Shown: positions 45,701 to 54,335 of the stretch, piece by piece
How positions within the stretch are numbered: the first letter of the stretch is position 1
Layout of the letters: each line of letters begins with the position of its first letter
From: an uncultured Candidatus Poseidoniales archaeon
GTDB lineage: Archaea; Thermoplasmatota; Poseidoniia; Poseidoniales; Thalassarchaeaceae
Reading direction: 5' to 3'
NCBI GenBank assembly: GCA_964570065.1
Contig: CAZMVZ010000002.1
Coordinates: 20,813-84,812, forward strand
DNA: 64,000 bases
The notes under the pieces: generated by a model
Seen by the model: only the letters and a program-made list of their open reading frames with translations
The model's database searches: none
What the model was told of the DNA's origin: nothing
Program-made: the position numbers and the translations under genes

Positions 45701-47893
45701 TGGCACGTACCCCAATGTGAAGTTTGCAGGGTCGTTGCCCGTGTTCTTCAGAGTCAGGCTGGAGGTGATGGACTCTCCGGGGTCGCCGACGGACACACCA
45801 GAAGATATCAGCTCTGCTGAGTAGATTTCATCTATGTTCACCGAGGCGGAAGCGGTTGCGTTTTGGGAGATGGTTCCGGGGAAGGTCCCCCAATCGGATG
45901 TGGCTTTGAATGAGAATGTTAGTGTGCCTGCTGAGGGGTATGGGAACTCGGCCGGGTTGGGGGTGAATGCTAGTGCGACCCTTCCGAATCCTATCTCCCC
46001 TGGCTCCAATTCCAGTGTGGAGGGTGCCATCGTCGCGGTCCACCTCTGTAGCTCAGCGGAACTGGAGCCAGACAGAGGGGTGTCCTGCTCGAATGTCATG
46101 CCGTTTCCTTCGGATGGGGCCAGGGAGATTTGGGCGAGGGTGTCGTTGGACCCGAGGTTGTGCTCAATGGTGACCTCAAAGTCAATCCAGCGAGCGATGT
46201 TCCCTCCTATGATATCGTCAACGGTGATGTCATTGTTGCCCCCTATTACGGAGATTTCCAAGTTGACGATGCTGTCAATCATAAGAGTAGTCTGGTTCCA
46301 CGATGGCACCCCTCCCTCCATGGGTATCGCCTGAACAATGAGATCGACCTCTTCTATCGATGACACCTTCCAAGCCGGGTTCAGTGGCATCACCAGGTGT
46401 GGGGTCGAGATCGTGACAGGGATTGCGCGGGTCTCGTCGGGCATCAAGACGTCGGTGATTGTCACAGGGGAGTGTATGTTCCAGAACGGGACTGCCTCTA
46501 ATGCTCCGACGTCGATCTGATACTGAGCAGGGGCTGTCCCGGTGTTCTTTAGGGTGTACTCGAGGGTCCTATCGGACCCTGGGGTGAGGTTTGCGAAATT
46601 CGCCCCCAAATGGTGGCTGTGGTTCTGGTAGATCTCGGAAGAATAGGTTCCTCCGGCCATCACCATCGTGGAGGCTTCCAAGACATAGCCCGCTGTTTGG
46701 CTTTGGACGGTCACTGTGACCAGCACCGAATCCCCATTGGAGGCATCGGCCGGAACGTCTACGTTGATTTGAATCGCCTCTGTATCTCCTGCTGCTACGG
46801 TGAGAGGGGAAGATGAGGGGTAGATTGTATCAGAGGCTATGACCCAGTAGTCGGTAGGTGCCGAGTTGTTCGACTGGAGAACCTCGAAGTCGTCGCTGAC
46901 TGTTCCAGAGTTCTGCAGGATGAAGTTCAGGACCAGCTCAGAACCCGGGTCAACGTTCCTATTGTTGGCTGGGAGAAGGGAGGCCCTCAGGGCAACGAAG
47001 TTTACTAACCTTGATTCTATTGTTACTGTGTCCTGAGAAACCCCCGAGATCAGGAGATTGCCCCCCAACGTGTAGTCGCCCTCTAGGTCGGAGCCATCGA
47101 AGGAGATGGTGATGTTCTGCGGTGTAGGAGGGCTTGCTAGGCTTCCGGGCAATAGTTGCTCAGTGGAAGAGGAGAGGGAAACGCTAGGACCTCCGAGGGA
47201 GGGGGTCAGGGTTAATTGCGCCGTGACATCTACTGGTTGGTTCCCCGTATTAACCGCTGTAATGGCCCCCACCCACATGGCTCGAGCCAGGGATGTGCCG
47301 TCTGCTGGTAGGGAGTCGGCAATGTCTGTGGCGTCTTCAACAGCAACAACGTTGACATTGTCGAGAGACATCACGTCGTTGCTCGAATTTGAATCCGAAG
47401 AAGAAGACGCAACCTCCCAAGATGCGGTGATTTGCAATCCTGAATCTATCACTGAGGAGGCGTCCCAGTATAGCAAGTGGTTAGCGCCTGCTCCGGGATT
47501 TATGGTTACGGTTCTGTTGTCAACTAACACCCCGTCGATCTTCAGAGTAACGTTCCCCTCCGCTACCGAACCTCCTATGTTCAGGATTCCAACTCTGATA
47601 ATATGATTCTGAGGGGCGAGTGTGGGTACACCTGCGATGAGGGCAGAAGGGGTGGTGACATGGAGATCGGTTACTGCAACATCCGGATCCAGAGAGCGCC
47701 CCGATGTCATCATCGGAACATCTTCAGATGGTGACGCTGGAATACCAGCTAACAGGGGAGACAGGAAGAGCAGGGCGACCAGAATCGTGGCCTTGCTAGC
47801 CCTGTCTGAGGCCTTTTGCGAGTAAGTGACAAGGTTTGAATTGACTTGTGTTCCCATCGCTTGCGCTCCCCTCCTCGTAGAGGAGACTACCAA
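42737..47893 (-). CDS. Giant (1,718 aa) surface protein with at least 9 CARDB-like repeats and a polytopic C-terminal membrane module
   Basis: The N-terminal signal/anchor is 'ATILVALLFLSPLLAGIPASP'. Recurrent 'NTGN'-type strands include 'AVNTGNQPVDV', 'LKNTGTAPAQY', 'LKNTGNDPANF', 'LNNTGNTNITY', 'MINRGNLLETL', 'MENMGNAQMQL' and 'VINAGNAVMPT'. The last ~230 aa contain about 5 hydrophobic helices. Confidence 0.8.
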   Translation of the reverse strand: MVVSSTRRGAQAMGTQVNSNLVTYSQKASDRASKATILVALLFLSPLLAGIPASPSEDVPMMTSGRSLDPDVAVTDLHVTTPSALIAGVPTLAPQNHIIRVGILNIGGSVAEGNVTLKIDGVLVDNRTVTINPGAGANHLLYWDASSVIDSGLQITASWEVASSSSDSNSSNDVMSLDNVNVVAVEDATDIADSLPADGTSLARAMWVGAITAVNTGNQPVDVTAQLTLTPSLGGPSVSLSSSTEQLLPGSLASPPTPQNITISFDGSDLEGDYTLGGNLLISGVSQDTVTIESRLVNFVALRASLLPANNRNVDPGSELVLNFILQNSGTVSDDFEVLQSNNSAPTDYWVIASDTIYPSSSPLTVAAGDTEAIQINVDVPADASNGDSVLVTVTVQSQTAGYVLEASTMVMAGGTYSSEIYQNHSHHLGANFANLTPGSDRTLEYTLKNTGTAPAQYQIDVGALEAVPFWNIHSPVTITDVLMPDETRAIPVTISTPHLVMPLNPAWKVSSIEEVDLIVQAIPMEGGVPSWNQTTLMIDSIVNLEISVIGGNNDITVDDIIGGNIARWIDFEVTIEHNLGSNDTLAQISLAPSEGNGMTFEQDTPLSGSSSAELQRWTATMAPSTLELEPGEIGFGRVALAFTPNPAEFPYPSAGTLTFSFKATSDWGTFPGTISQNATASASVNIDEIYSAELISSGVSVGDPGESITSSLTLKNTGNDPANFTLGYVPKEGWTISIPPAANMLPSRTNLFPDNGTGGRATLDQFELVVTATPPDSASADEVHEIWVYANSTDTGELLAYASALFRLTEVISAEFYPIQSTAVIAPSDSPDLSEINRVGQKTIITVLNNTGNTNITYDLALHLSDSDKLQVCFNEDADGCDTNTTQLVPPGSQGIVRVYAKASSLARADVIQSFNITAHYNGTLLSTSEWNVQVAPEHRIDFIGASEFEAAPGNSVEIEVTMINRGNLLETLNLTADFGNSNNWTYTVNESAFTIEPETSHKVMLTITLPDLNNGGEILEAYVAHNITLRAVNITDPYPTWPSTISVNGTVQSVPLQDRVAMGGGVPAGSKTIVIEVLPVFDVRLVESPERIAIVPGVDREINFVMENMGNAQMQLTVQWETEDLDLTMDRFSVANNIGSTSLTLGIGQTSSFTFTFNTLQADHWQGETGSFTLIRTPVGVDVDPQQDTTPIIVVRAQTDDEYQINSDTAGDFACEGNTDPNCRQIEIPWTNINSWGNSSDAERTFTLAMNGKRDPYDSAADLPERLVPSVSYPLVHWGMSIDHDPSTGGMCLLADQGQGIAATTATVTTCNSAWDLESSTPYDGGAREGHGGTITIQIIIPDKKNLAPGDGWNIFLQLRNPQESTNTEYSTDLVVKLRMSESTDPLIDSISFRSDGEEGDLTWVDVTVINAGNAVMPTNVDVILDCSATPYATIINPYSSETLPILGPGENATASWAIQLNPIPWFSSSEALECTASLAFPPDIIQQGGIFGNIVDNDNLQADLSIKSWSTPSITLSGVGFPSAILAALAILFVAISLLRQGLDEAEGRLHASAYVASMGFGMLSLTGLSTWLTLICAIASVAFAALVAWLSSSELQAIHDDRKKSRIGTMSILEDHDKEQKNTRKELRAIISCAPYAFLPFVLITPALAIDTGTDSIVTIISFLAISPILVHMILRFLDSSYDTLYSQLADIELRAIRIKKILGRAGNKPGGGN

Positions 47894-47987
47894 TCATTAT
47901 GAAGCAACCGGAGAAAAATTGTAGTCTTGGTGATCGTCAAAGGGTTACGACCGATGTTATGAAAAGACACCGCTCACGTTCGGTAAC

Positions 47988-49160
47988 GTGGCGGACGCTG
48001 TATCCATCATTATCATCGTGCTTATTCTGCTAGCCACATTCAATGGCTTATTCAGAATAATGCGTTCTCAATCAAGGAGGACCATCCTCCCGTCAACAAG
48101 AAGAAACGTGCCCGATGAGATTCTATTAGGTGCGGTTTCGAGAAGAAGCAGGGCGAGGGGTAGAGACAGGTCTGACAGTCCAACCGTTGCAGGTTCACTG
48201 GGCGACGGAGCAGAGGCTATCGGTCCTGGTGTCCAGGAGGCTGAAATATCAACTAAAGGTGCTACTGCACTGGAGAAGAGGCTGGAGAGGGAAGGTGCAA
48301 AGAGGGGGTCTGTGCAAATCAGTCTGATGTGGGACAACTGGAATGATCTGGATCTCCATGTGATAACCCCCGCCGGAGAGCACATCTACCACGACAACAG
48401 GACTTCGGGTTGTGGAGGGGAGTTAGATATCGACATGAACTTCAAACCGACATCAAAGTCTCCTGTTGAGAACATCGTTTGGACAAAGACCCCCCCTCCA
48501 GGAGTGTACAGAGTTGGAGTAAGGCACTACAAAATCCACACGAGAGGGATCTTCTCATGGGTCCCCTTCCTATCTAGGATTCATAGGAAGAATTCTACCG
48601 ATTTCACAGTTAGCCTGACCATTGGGGAGAGTAAGCGTTTCTACGAAGGGTCATTGGAAAAGAGCAACGACTTGCAATTCGTAGCGAAGTTCGCAATTGC
48701 AGGGCCCGATGGAGAAGTCCCAGAACTGATATTACCTCAGGAAGAGGAGGGCTCGGGGGATTTCACTGAAGCTAGAGACGTTGATGCACTTCGCAGGCGA
48801 GTCGGTACGGTCCAAGATGGCGTCTCGGTCAACCTGAGTTGGGAGGGAGCTGGTGACCTGGGTTTGTCCGTTGTTGATTCAAGCGGCGATCAAGTGTCCT
48901 TCTTCAGTCCCGAAGGAATGGGCGGAGGACACTTCGACATGGCTGACTTCGACCCGAAATCTGGAAGGAGGTCAATTACATGGGAGAATGCCCCCCCGAC
49001 TGGGTCTTATTCCGTGCATGTCAGGCATTTCGAAACTGAAGGCGATGCTGGAGAAATAGGCTTCAAGGTGGTTGTAAACAATAGGGGCCAGTCTGAAGAG
49101 TACTCTGGCGTGGTTCAGCCGGATGGTTCCACTGTCGAAGCCGGCAGTTTCGAAATCTAG
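47988..49160 (+). CDS. Membrane-anchored protein with two DUF2135 (YfaP)-like domains
   Basis: A GTG start leads into the N-terminal helix '[18 protein letters not shown]' and then a basic stretch. The repeats are '[43 protein letters not shown]...[13 protein letters not shown]' and '[28 protein letters not shown]...[14 protein letters not shown]'. Confidence 0.55.
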   Translation: MADAVSIIIIVLILLATFNGLFRIMRSQSRRTILPSTRRNVPDEILLGAVSRRSRARGRDRSDSPTVAGSLGDGAEAIGPGVQEAEISTKGATALEKRLEREGAKRGSVQISLMWDNWNDLDLHVITPAGEHIYHDNRTSGCGGELDIDMNFKPTSKSPVENIVWTKTPPPGVYRVGVRHYKIHTRGIFSWVPFLSRIHRKNSTDFTVSLTIGESKRFYEGSLEKSNDLQFVAKFAIAGPDGEVPELILPQEEEGSGDFTEARDVDALRRRVGTVQDGVSVNLSWEGAGDLGLSVVDSSGDQVSFFSPEGMGGGHFDMADFDPKSGRRSITWENAPPTGSYSVHVRHFETEGDAGEIGFKVVVNNRGQSEEYSGVVQPDGSTVEAGSFEI

Positions 49161-49996
49161 TCTTCCCAAAGGCCCTGGATGCTCAGGATCCGCCTCATCC
49201 ACTGGAGTTTCTCGATTTTCATCTTTTCTTGCGTCTTTCCTGACCATCGGCCGACGACGTCTGCCCGTGTTCCAAGCATCTTGATTCGATTATTGCTAAC
49301 CCCAAGGGCCGTTAGGATGCAAGCAGCGCGATCCCCATCGGTGAATCCCCCTGGGTTGTGCATTCCAGGAATGCTTTCTGGAGTCTGGTGAGTGAGTATC
49401 AGGTCAGGAGGATTTGCCTGTTCTTCTGCAAATTGCAATAATGAGTCCCAGTCCTTTCGATTGTCCCCGTGAGCATGGAGGAAAAAGGGGACTGTCCTTC
49501 TAACAGCCTCAATTGTTCCCTCTCCTCCATCGGCATCGCTCACGATGAATGCCACCCTGGACCATGCCTTTTCGGATAGTGAGTCGGGAAGCTCCGAGAT
49601 CACTCCAGCCGCGCCGTCAGCAGGAACTATCAGAGTTGGCTCGGAAAGTATGCTCACCAACTCTTCTGGCTCGATTGCCGCTCCGAGGATTGCGACTCCA
49701 GCCTTTCTAATGACAAGCCTCCTGAATAGTCTGGATAGAGAAACCGCCCTATTGTGTCTGGCCCATTTGTCCAAGTGAGAACCCTCCACTCTGCGGATCA
49801 TCGCTTGCGCGCTCTCTGAGTCAACGGATTCATCCCAGCCAAAATGCTCCCTCACATCTCCTTGCAAATCGACCAAAGTAGTCAAGGACGGTTCCAAGTA
49901 AGTGAGTCTTTGCGCGTACGTCATGCTCTCCAGTGGAAGGGCTCGGTAAGTATTGAAGAACCCTCGCGGAACTCTGATAGACGTGCCAATGCCCAT
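49157..49996 (-). CDS. MptE-like 6-hydroxymethylpterin diphosphokinase family protein (DUF115)
   Basis: 'IVPADGAAG', 'FIVSDADGG', 'LHAHGDN' and '[15 protein letters not shown]' match the remembered DUF115/MptE pattern. The start may be the later ATG at 49924. Confidence 0.6.
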   Translation of the reverse strand: MGIGTSIRVPRGFFNTYRALPLESMTYAQRLTYLEPSLTTLVDLQGDVREHFGWDESVDSESAQAMIRRVEGSHLDKWARHNRAVSLSRLFRRLVIRKAGVAILGAAIEPEELVSILSEPTLIVPADGAAGVISELPDSLSEKAWSRVAFIVSDADGGEGTIEAVRRTVPFFLHAHGDNRKDWDSLLQFAEEQANPPDLILTHQTPESIPGMHNPGGFTDGDRAACILTALGVSNNRIKMLGTRADVVGRWSGKTQEKMKIEKLQWMRRILSIQGLWED

Positions 49997-51152
49997 CAGC
50001 GCTCCGGAAATCGATGACGAAGGGCTACTAGCGCGCTATCCGTTCCTCCCACAAGGAAGCGCGTACATCAGGTCTATGCTGGATGAAAATGGGATTACCG
50101 TTGAGGACCTGATAGATGCTCCTTGGCTGGAGGACGTCAGGGTCAGAGGCATGTTGAGGCTGGTGGATTCCGTTCTACAGCAGGAAGGCGAAGGAGCATC
50201 GTCCAGCATTGATATCTCCACAGAGGTAGGGAGGATGACAGAATCTCTCTCTTTCCTTCATGCTATGCTGATAGTTTGCGCTTCGTTCGACGAGCGGCTA
50301 CTTTCGAGATGGATAGAGGGTGAGTCCAGCAGAGCGGACAGGCTCCTGGGGATGGACTCTGCCAACTTCGAGTTGATTTCGTCCTCATTCCTCTCTGGAA
50401 TTGTTACCAAAGTTGATTCAAAGGGTTCGGAGGATTACTGGATCCCTATGGTGGATTTCATCGAGCTTAGTCCCAAGATTTCTGGAAAATACTGGAGACT
50501 AGTGAACAGGCCGGTGAAGGGGGGATGGGTGTGCTTGGACGCTGGTGCGGGAGAATCGGGCCGTGGAAGGGCCTCGCGATTGATCAAAGAGAGGATTAGA
50601 GAGAGCCTGAGGGAAAGTTGCGAGGAGAGGATGGCAAGGATGGATGATGAGTTCGCTGCTAAGTTCGCCGACCCGGTGGAGAGGATTGTTGGTCTGCTTT
50701 CAGAGAGGGTCAAGGAGGAGATGCCGATGACGGCAGCAATTAGGGACGATTGGCCCCCCTGCTTCGAATCTGCGGTTTCGGAATTGAACCAGGGGGTTAA
50801 CGTCAACCACGTTGGTAGGGTCTTCCTTGCGGCCTTCTCCCGTTCCATTGGTCTGCAGCAGGAACAGACCTGCAATTTCTTCGCAAATGCTCCAGACTAC
50901 AATGCAGACACTACTTCTTACCAAGTGAATCAGATTTACGAAAGGGAGTACACCCCCCATGGGTGCTCTGCTCTGAAGACCAATGCGAGATGCCCGGTTC
51001 AAACTGGAGAGGATCGGTTGTGCGACCAGGAATGGCTGACCCACCCGCTGAAGTACATCAGGGCTAAGCAGAGAAGGCGGTTCAATTCTGATAGAGACGA
51101 GTCCAGTGATACCGATAACGGTCAAAGTAGCAGTTCGGCCAATTCCTCATAA
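49989..51152 (+). CDS. priL: DNA primase large subunit PriL
   Basis: 'LARYPFLP', 'WPPCFESAVSELNQGVNVNHVGRVFLAAFSRSIGL' and the Fe-S Cys residues 'GCSALKTNARCPV...LCD' are present. TTG 49953 is the track start; I prefer ATG 49989. Confidence 0.8.
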   Translation: MPISAPEIDDEGLLARYPFLPQGSAYIRSMLDENGITVEDLIDAPWLEDVRVRGMLRLVDSVLQQEGEGASSSIDISTEVGRMTESLSFLHAMLIVCASFDERLLSRWIEGESSRADRLLGMDSANFELISSSFLSGIVTKVDSKGSEDYWIPMVDFIELSPKISGKYWRLVNRPVKGGWVCLDAGAGESGRGRASRLIKERIRESLRESCEERMARMDDEFAAKFADPVERIVGLLSERVKEEMPMTAAIRDDWPPCFESAVSELNQGVNVNHVGRVFLAAFSRSIGLQQEQTCNFFANAPDYNADTTSYQVNQIYEREYTPHGCSALKTNARCPVQTGEDRLCDQEWLTHPLKYIRAKQRRRFNSDRDESSDTDNGQSSSSANSS

Positions 51153-51232
51153 GGAGGTGCTCTCCAACCCTCTCCAAGGGGGACGGGGGTATAGTACGAA
51201 CACTTGTAATCACAATCGACAGAGATAACGAC

Positions 51233-52309
51233 TTGGGTGTCAAATCTGGCATTAGGGGACCGGTCGTTGGGAGGAAATCATGCCTAACGGCTGCTCTCAG
51301 ATTGGGGATTGCAGATCCGGAGGAGTCAGACACCAATGCGATTCTAGGGGCTCTCCACCACCATGATAGGTTGTCCGAGGGAGCCAGTGCAAGCGATGAG
51401 GTCCAGATAGCGATTCTCACTGGCGACGTTCGTGTTGGCCCTAGGAGCGATCGTGCCATTGCTAGTCAATTGGACGAAGTCATCCAGGACTTCCAACCCG
51501 ATGCAGCCGTGCTAGTTACCGATGGTGCGGATGACGAAGCTTCCCTTCCGATTGTGACTTCCAGAGTGAGGGTGGACACGGTTGAGAAGGTTATAGTCAG
51601 GCAATCGAAAGGAATAGAGGGGACTTACTACTACATTGTGAAGGCGATCGAGGACCCCCGGTTCCGATCCAGGTTGCTCGTTCCCCTTGCAGTATTCCTA
51701 ATCATCATCGGACTGGGCCTGATCCTCCCAAATGGCATCGCCCTGATAGGATCGCTGCCGCTTCTGATAGGGCTGTGGGTTTTGGGGAAGGGACTAGGCC
51801 TAGAGGCGCAAATGGAGCGTGTAGCGATGGAGATGAGGGACAGTGCGACGGGTGGGCTTTTCTCATCATTGCTATGGGGGATGTCGATAGTCAGCCTGTT
51901 TCTGGCTGTTGCAACCATTTGGGCCGGATGGGATGACTCGGTGCCCAAGGACGAACGGTTCGAGCACCTCGTAGGGCTATTCGACGATGTCCTGCAGTGG
52001 TTTGTTGGGGGTGCACTATCTTTCTTGCTGGCACTCGGTGTGCTGAGGTGGAAGGAGGGGACGTTCACTGGGAGAAGCGTTCTGCTGATTGGCCTCTCTG
52101 TGGTGATATACACCTTCCTCTCGGCCACTATTGACGTGGTGCTGGCGATTTCTTCGGGAGAACAGTATAGCCCTACGTTCGATCAATTGGGTGACGACTG
52201 GGGGCTTCCCATCGTTTCGATGATGATGTACTATCTTCTCAGGACTATCGTGCAGTCATTTGTCGAAGATGACGAGTTGGCACAAGGAAACCGGTTCTGG
52301 GGAGTCTGA
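51233..52309 (+). CDS. DUF373-like archaeal membrane protein (true start probably upstream; see findings)
   Basis: The soluble N-domain 'GIRGPVVGRKSCLTAALRLGIADPEESDTNAILGAL' is followed by about 6 TM helices. The in-frame upstream sequence reads 'IVRTLVITIDRDNDLG' with no canonical start codon. Confidence 0.6.
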   Translation: MGVKSGIRGPVVGRKSCLTAALRLGIADPEESDTNAILGALHHHDRLSEGASASDEVQIAILTGDVRVGPRSDRAIASQLDEVIQDFQPDAAVLVTDGADDEASLPIVTSRVRVDTVEKVIVRQSKGIEGTYYYIVKAIEDPRFRSRLLVPLAVFLIIIGLGLILPNGIALIGSLPLLIGLWVLGKGLGLEAQMERVAMEMRDSATGGLFSSLLWGMSIVSLFLAVATIWAGWDDSVPKDERFEHLVGLFDDVLQWFVGGALSFLLALGVLRWKEGTFTGRSVLLIGLSVVIYTFLSATIDVVLAISSGEQYSPTFDQLGDDWGLPIVSMMMYYLLRTIVQSFVEDDELAQGNRFWGV

Positions 52310-52548
52310 TGGGCGAGGTCAAGACATCGATAATCTGGAAGGGCGAATTTTCCCGTGGAGAGGCTCTACTAGCGGCAATTTCCCCCGACGATCCGGAGGA
52401 TTTCATTGTCGAATTGAGGGAGGATGGTGATCGGTCTCAGTTGAGAATTGTCGTTTCCTCTGAAGGCCTGGGGAGATCAAGGGCGTCTGTAGATGACATA
52501 CTGGCTTGCTTGGCAGCCGCTGAATCAGGGTTGGACTCCCTAGGATAG
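52309..52548 (+). CDS. pcc1: KEOPS subunit Pcc1-like protein
   Basis: The 79-aa protein has 'ALLAAISPDD..VELREDGD..LRIVVSSEGLGRSRASVDDILACLAAAE', which fits the Pcc1 beta-beta-beta-alpha pattern. Its ATG overlaps the upstream stop. Confidence 0.5.
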   Translation: MGEVKTSIIWKGEFSRGEALLAAISPDDPEDFIVELREDGDRSQLRIVVSSEGLGRSRASVDDILACLAAAESGLDSLG

Positions 52549-52599
52549 TTTCTATCGAAAACTAGGACCATTCAAGGAGGGGTTTCCATTCGAACGCAC

Positions 52600-53541
52600 G
52601 TGGGAAGACTGCCGCACGATCGATCTCACCTGCTAATCCGACCGGGGGGGTCTGAGGCTCCCACCGAGCTTTTCAGAAAGTCAATCACAAGGTGGTTGAT
52701 TGCCCATTTGTCTGACGATCTGGCATCCGACGAGGGTTCGGGAGATATCGTGGAGTCAATGGCCTACTCCAAGGCAGGGGGGGTTGTTTGCGGGAAAGTG
52801 CCGATTGACGTACTGATAGAGGACTTCTTTCCAAGTTGCAACATCAATTGGTTTGTAGAGGATGGGGATAGAATTTCCATCGGAGATAAGATTCTATCCC
52901 TGAGTGGTCCCTCCGCAAGCGTGCTAAGTTGCGAGAGGGTGCTTCTAAACATCCTAGGCAGACTGTCGGGGATTGCGACCCTTACGTCTGAATGGGTTAG
53001 AGAGGCGGACGGGATCGGGGTTGCCTGTACAAGGAAGACATCGTGGGGTCTGTTAGACAAATGGGCGGTTCACATTGGAGGTGGACTCACGCATAGGCTC
53101 AGCAGAAGCGATGCGCTGATGATCAAGGAGAATGACTTGAGTGTGAGCTCACCAGAAAGCGAGCCGGAGAATTCCATTCCAACTGCAATATCCTCTATTA
53201 ATTTGGAAGCCAATGCAAAATTCACCGTGATAGAGGTCCAAGATGCAAGCCAAGCAATTCTTGCTGCGAGAGCATGGTCACAAAGTCAGAAAACTAGGAA
53301 TGGCTCAGAGCCGATTGTGATTCTTCTAGACAACATGGGGCCATCCGCGTGTGGGAGCACTGGGGAGTCTCTGAAGAGCCTGGGTTTGAGGGAATGGTGC
53401 ATCCTAGAGGGGTCTGGTGGTGTCAAAAGAGAGGATCTGCCGTCTTGGAAGGCCGTTTCCGGAGTTGACGTTGTCTCCTCGAGCGAGGTGAACATGAACT
53501 CCGGAACATTTGATTTTTCGATGCTAATAGGGGGGGTTTGA
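52600..53541 (+). CDS. nadC: Nicotinate-nucleotide pyrophosphorylase (quinolinate phosphoribosyltransferase)
   Basis: 'ERVLLNILGRLSGIATLT', 'CTRKTSWGLLDKWAVHIGGGLTHR', 'MIKEND' and 'ILLDNM' are present. Confidence 0.85.
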   Translation: MGRLPHDRSHLLIRPGGSEAPTELFRKSITRWLIAHLSDDLASDEGSGDIVESMAYSKAGGVVCGKVPIDVLIEDFFPSCNINWFVEDGDRISIGDKILSLSGPSASVLSCERVLLNILGRLSGIATLTSEWVREADGIGVACTRKTSWGLLDKWAVHIGGGLTHRLSRSDALMIKENDLSVSSPESEPENSIPTAISSINLEANAKFTVIEVQDASQAILAARAWSQSQKTRNGSEPIVILLDNMGPSACGSTGESLKSLGLREWCILEGSGGVKREDLPSWKAVSGVDVVSSSEVNMNSGTFDFSMLIGGV

Positions 53542-54329
53542 TGGTCAAGATTCCCGACAGCCATCCGAGGAAAAAGTCGCTGCTATCTCGTCAAAAGATT
53601 GTGGAAGGGAACGACAGGGGCCTCCTAGCCGACTCCGCAATGATTGCCCATGGGAGAGGGGAGGCCTTTGACTATCTGTTAGGAGAGAGGACCACCGAAC
53701 CAGCCGAATCGGCAATCAGAGAGTCGGTGGCTCGTCTAAGGACTGCCAATAATCCAGTCATCTCTGTCAATGGAAATACGGTGCTGCTAGCAGGTAAGAA
53801 GGCCTTGAGGTTGGCTGCGTTTCTCGATTGCCCCATAGAAGTGAATCTCTACTACAGGACACCCGAGCGAATCTCTGGTCTGCTTTCCCTTTTGGAGGAG
53901 CAGAGGATTTTGGTATTGGAGGAATCCGAACCTTCAGGATTCGAAGGAGACTGGCGAGAATCAGTTAGGAATGTGCCTCTACTTGGAGATTCCCCCGACT
54001 TCAGAATAGAAGGCCTTGAGGGGCCACGCTCACACTGCACCGAGGAGGGTATTGGAAATGCTGATTCGATACTTGTCCCCCTAGAGGACGGAGACAGGTG
54101 CGAGGCCCTAGTTAATCTGGGCAAGGAAGTGATAGTAGTGGATCTAAACCCACTCTCGAGGAGTGCAAAGATGGCTACTGTTACTATCGTAGATGAGGTC
54201 TCTAGGGCTTTCGAGGGTATGCTTGCTGAGCTTATTGCTAATCCAAACTGCGTCCCGACTGATTGGGACAATGCTTCCGTGCTTAGGGACTCCCTTGTTG
54301 AAATCACCGAGTTTCTCAGCAAGTCCTAG
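53538..54329 (+). CDS. 4-phosphopantoate--beta-alanine ligase (archaeal phosphopantothenate synthetase)
   Basis: 'HPRKKSLLSRQKIVEG', 'IAHGRGEAFDYLLGERT', 'VISVNGN' and 'VVDLNPLSRS' match the COG1701 family as recalled. The ATGA start overlaps the nadC stop. Confidence 0.8.
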   Translation: MMVKIPDSHPRKKSLLSRQKIVEGNDRGLLADSAMIAHGRGEAFDYLLGERTTEPAESAIRESVARLRTANNPVISVNGNTVLLAGKKALRLAAFLDCPIEVNLYYRTPERISGLLSLLEEQRILVLEESEPSGFEGDWRESVRNVPLLGDSPDFRIEGLEGPRSHCTEEGIGNADSILVPLEDGDRCEALVNLGKEVIVVDLNPLSRSAKMATVTIVDEVSRAFEGMLAELIANPNCVPTDWDNASVLRDSLVEITEFLSKS

Positions 54330-54335
54330 GTCAGG

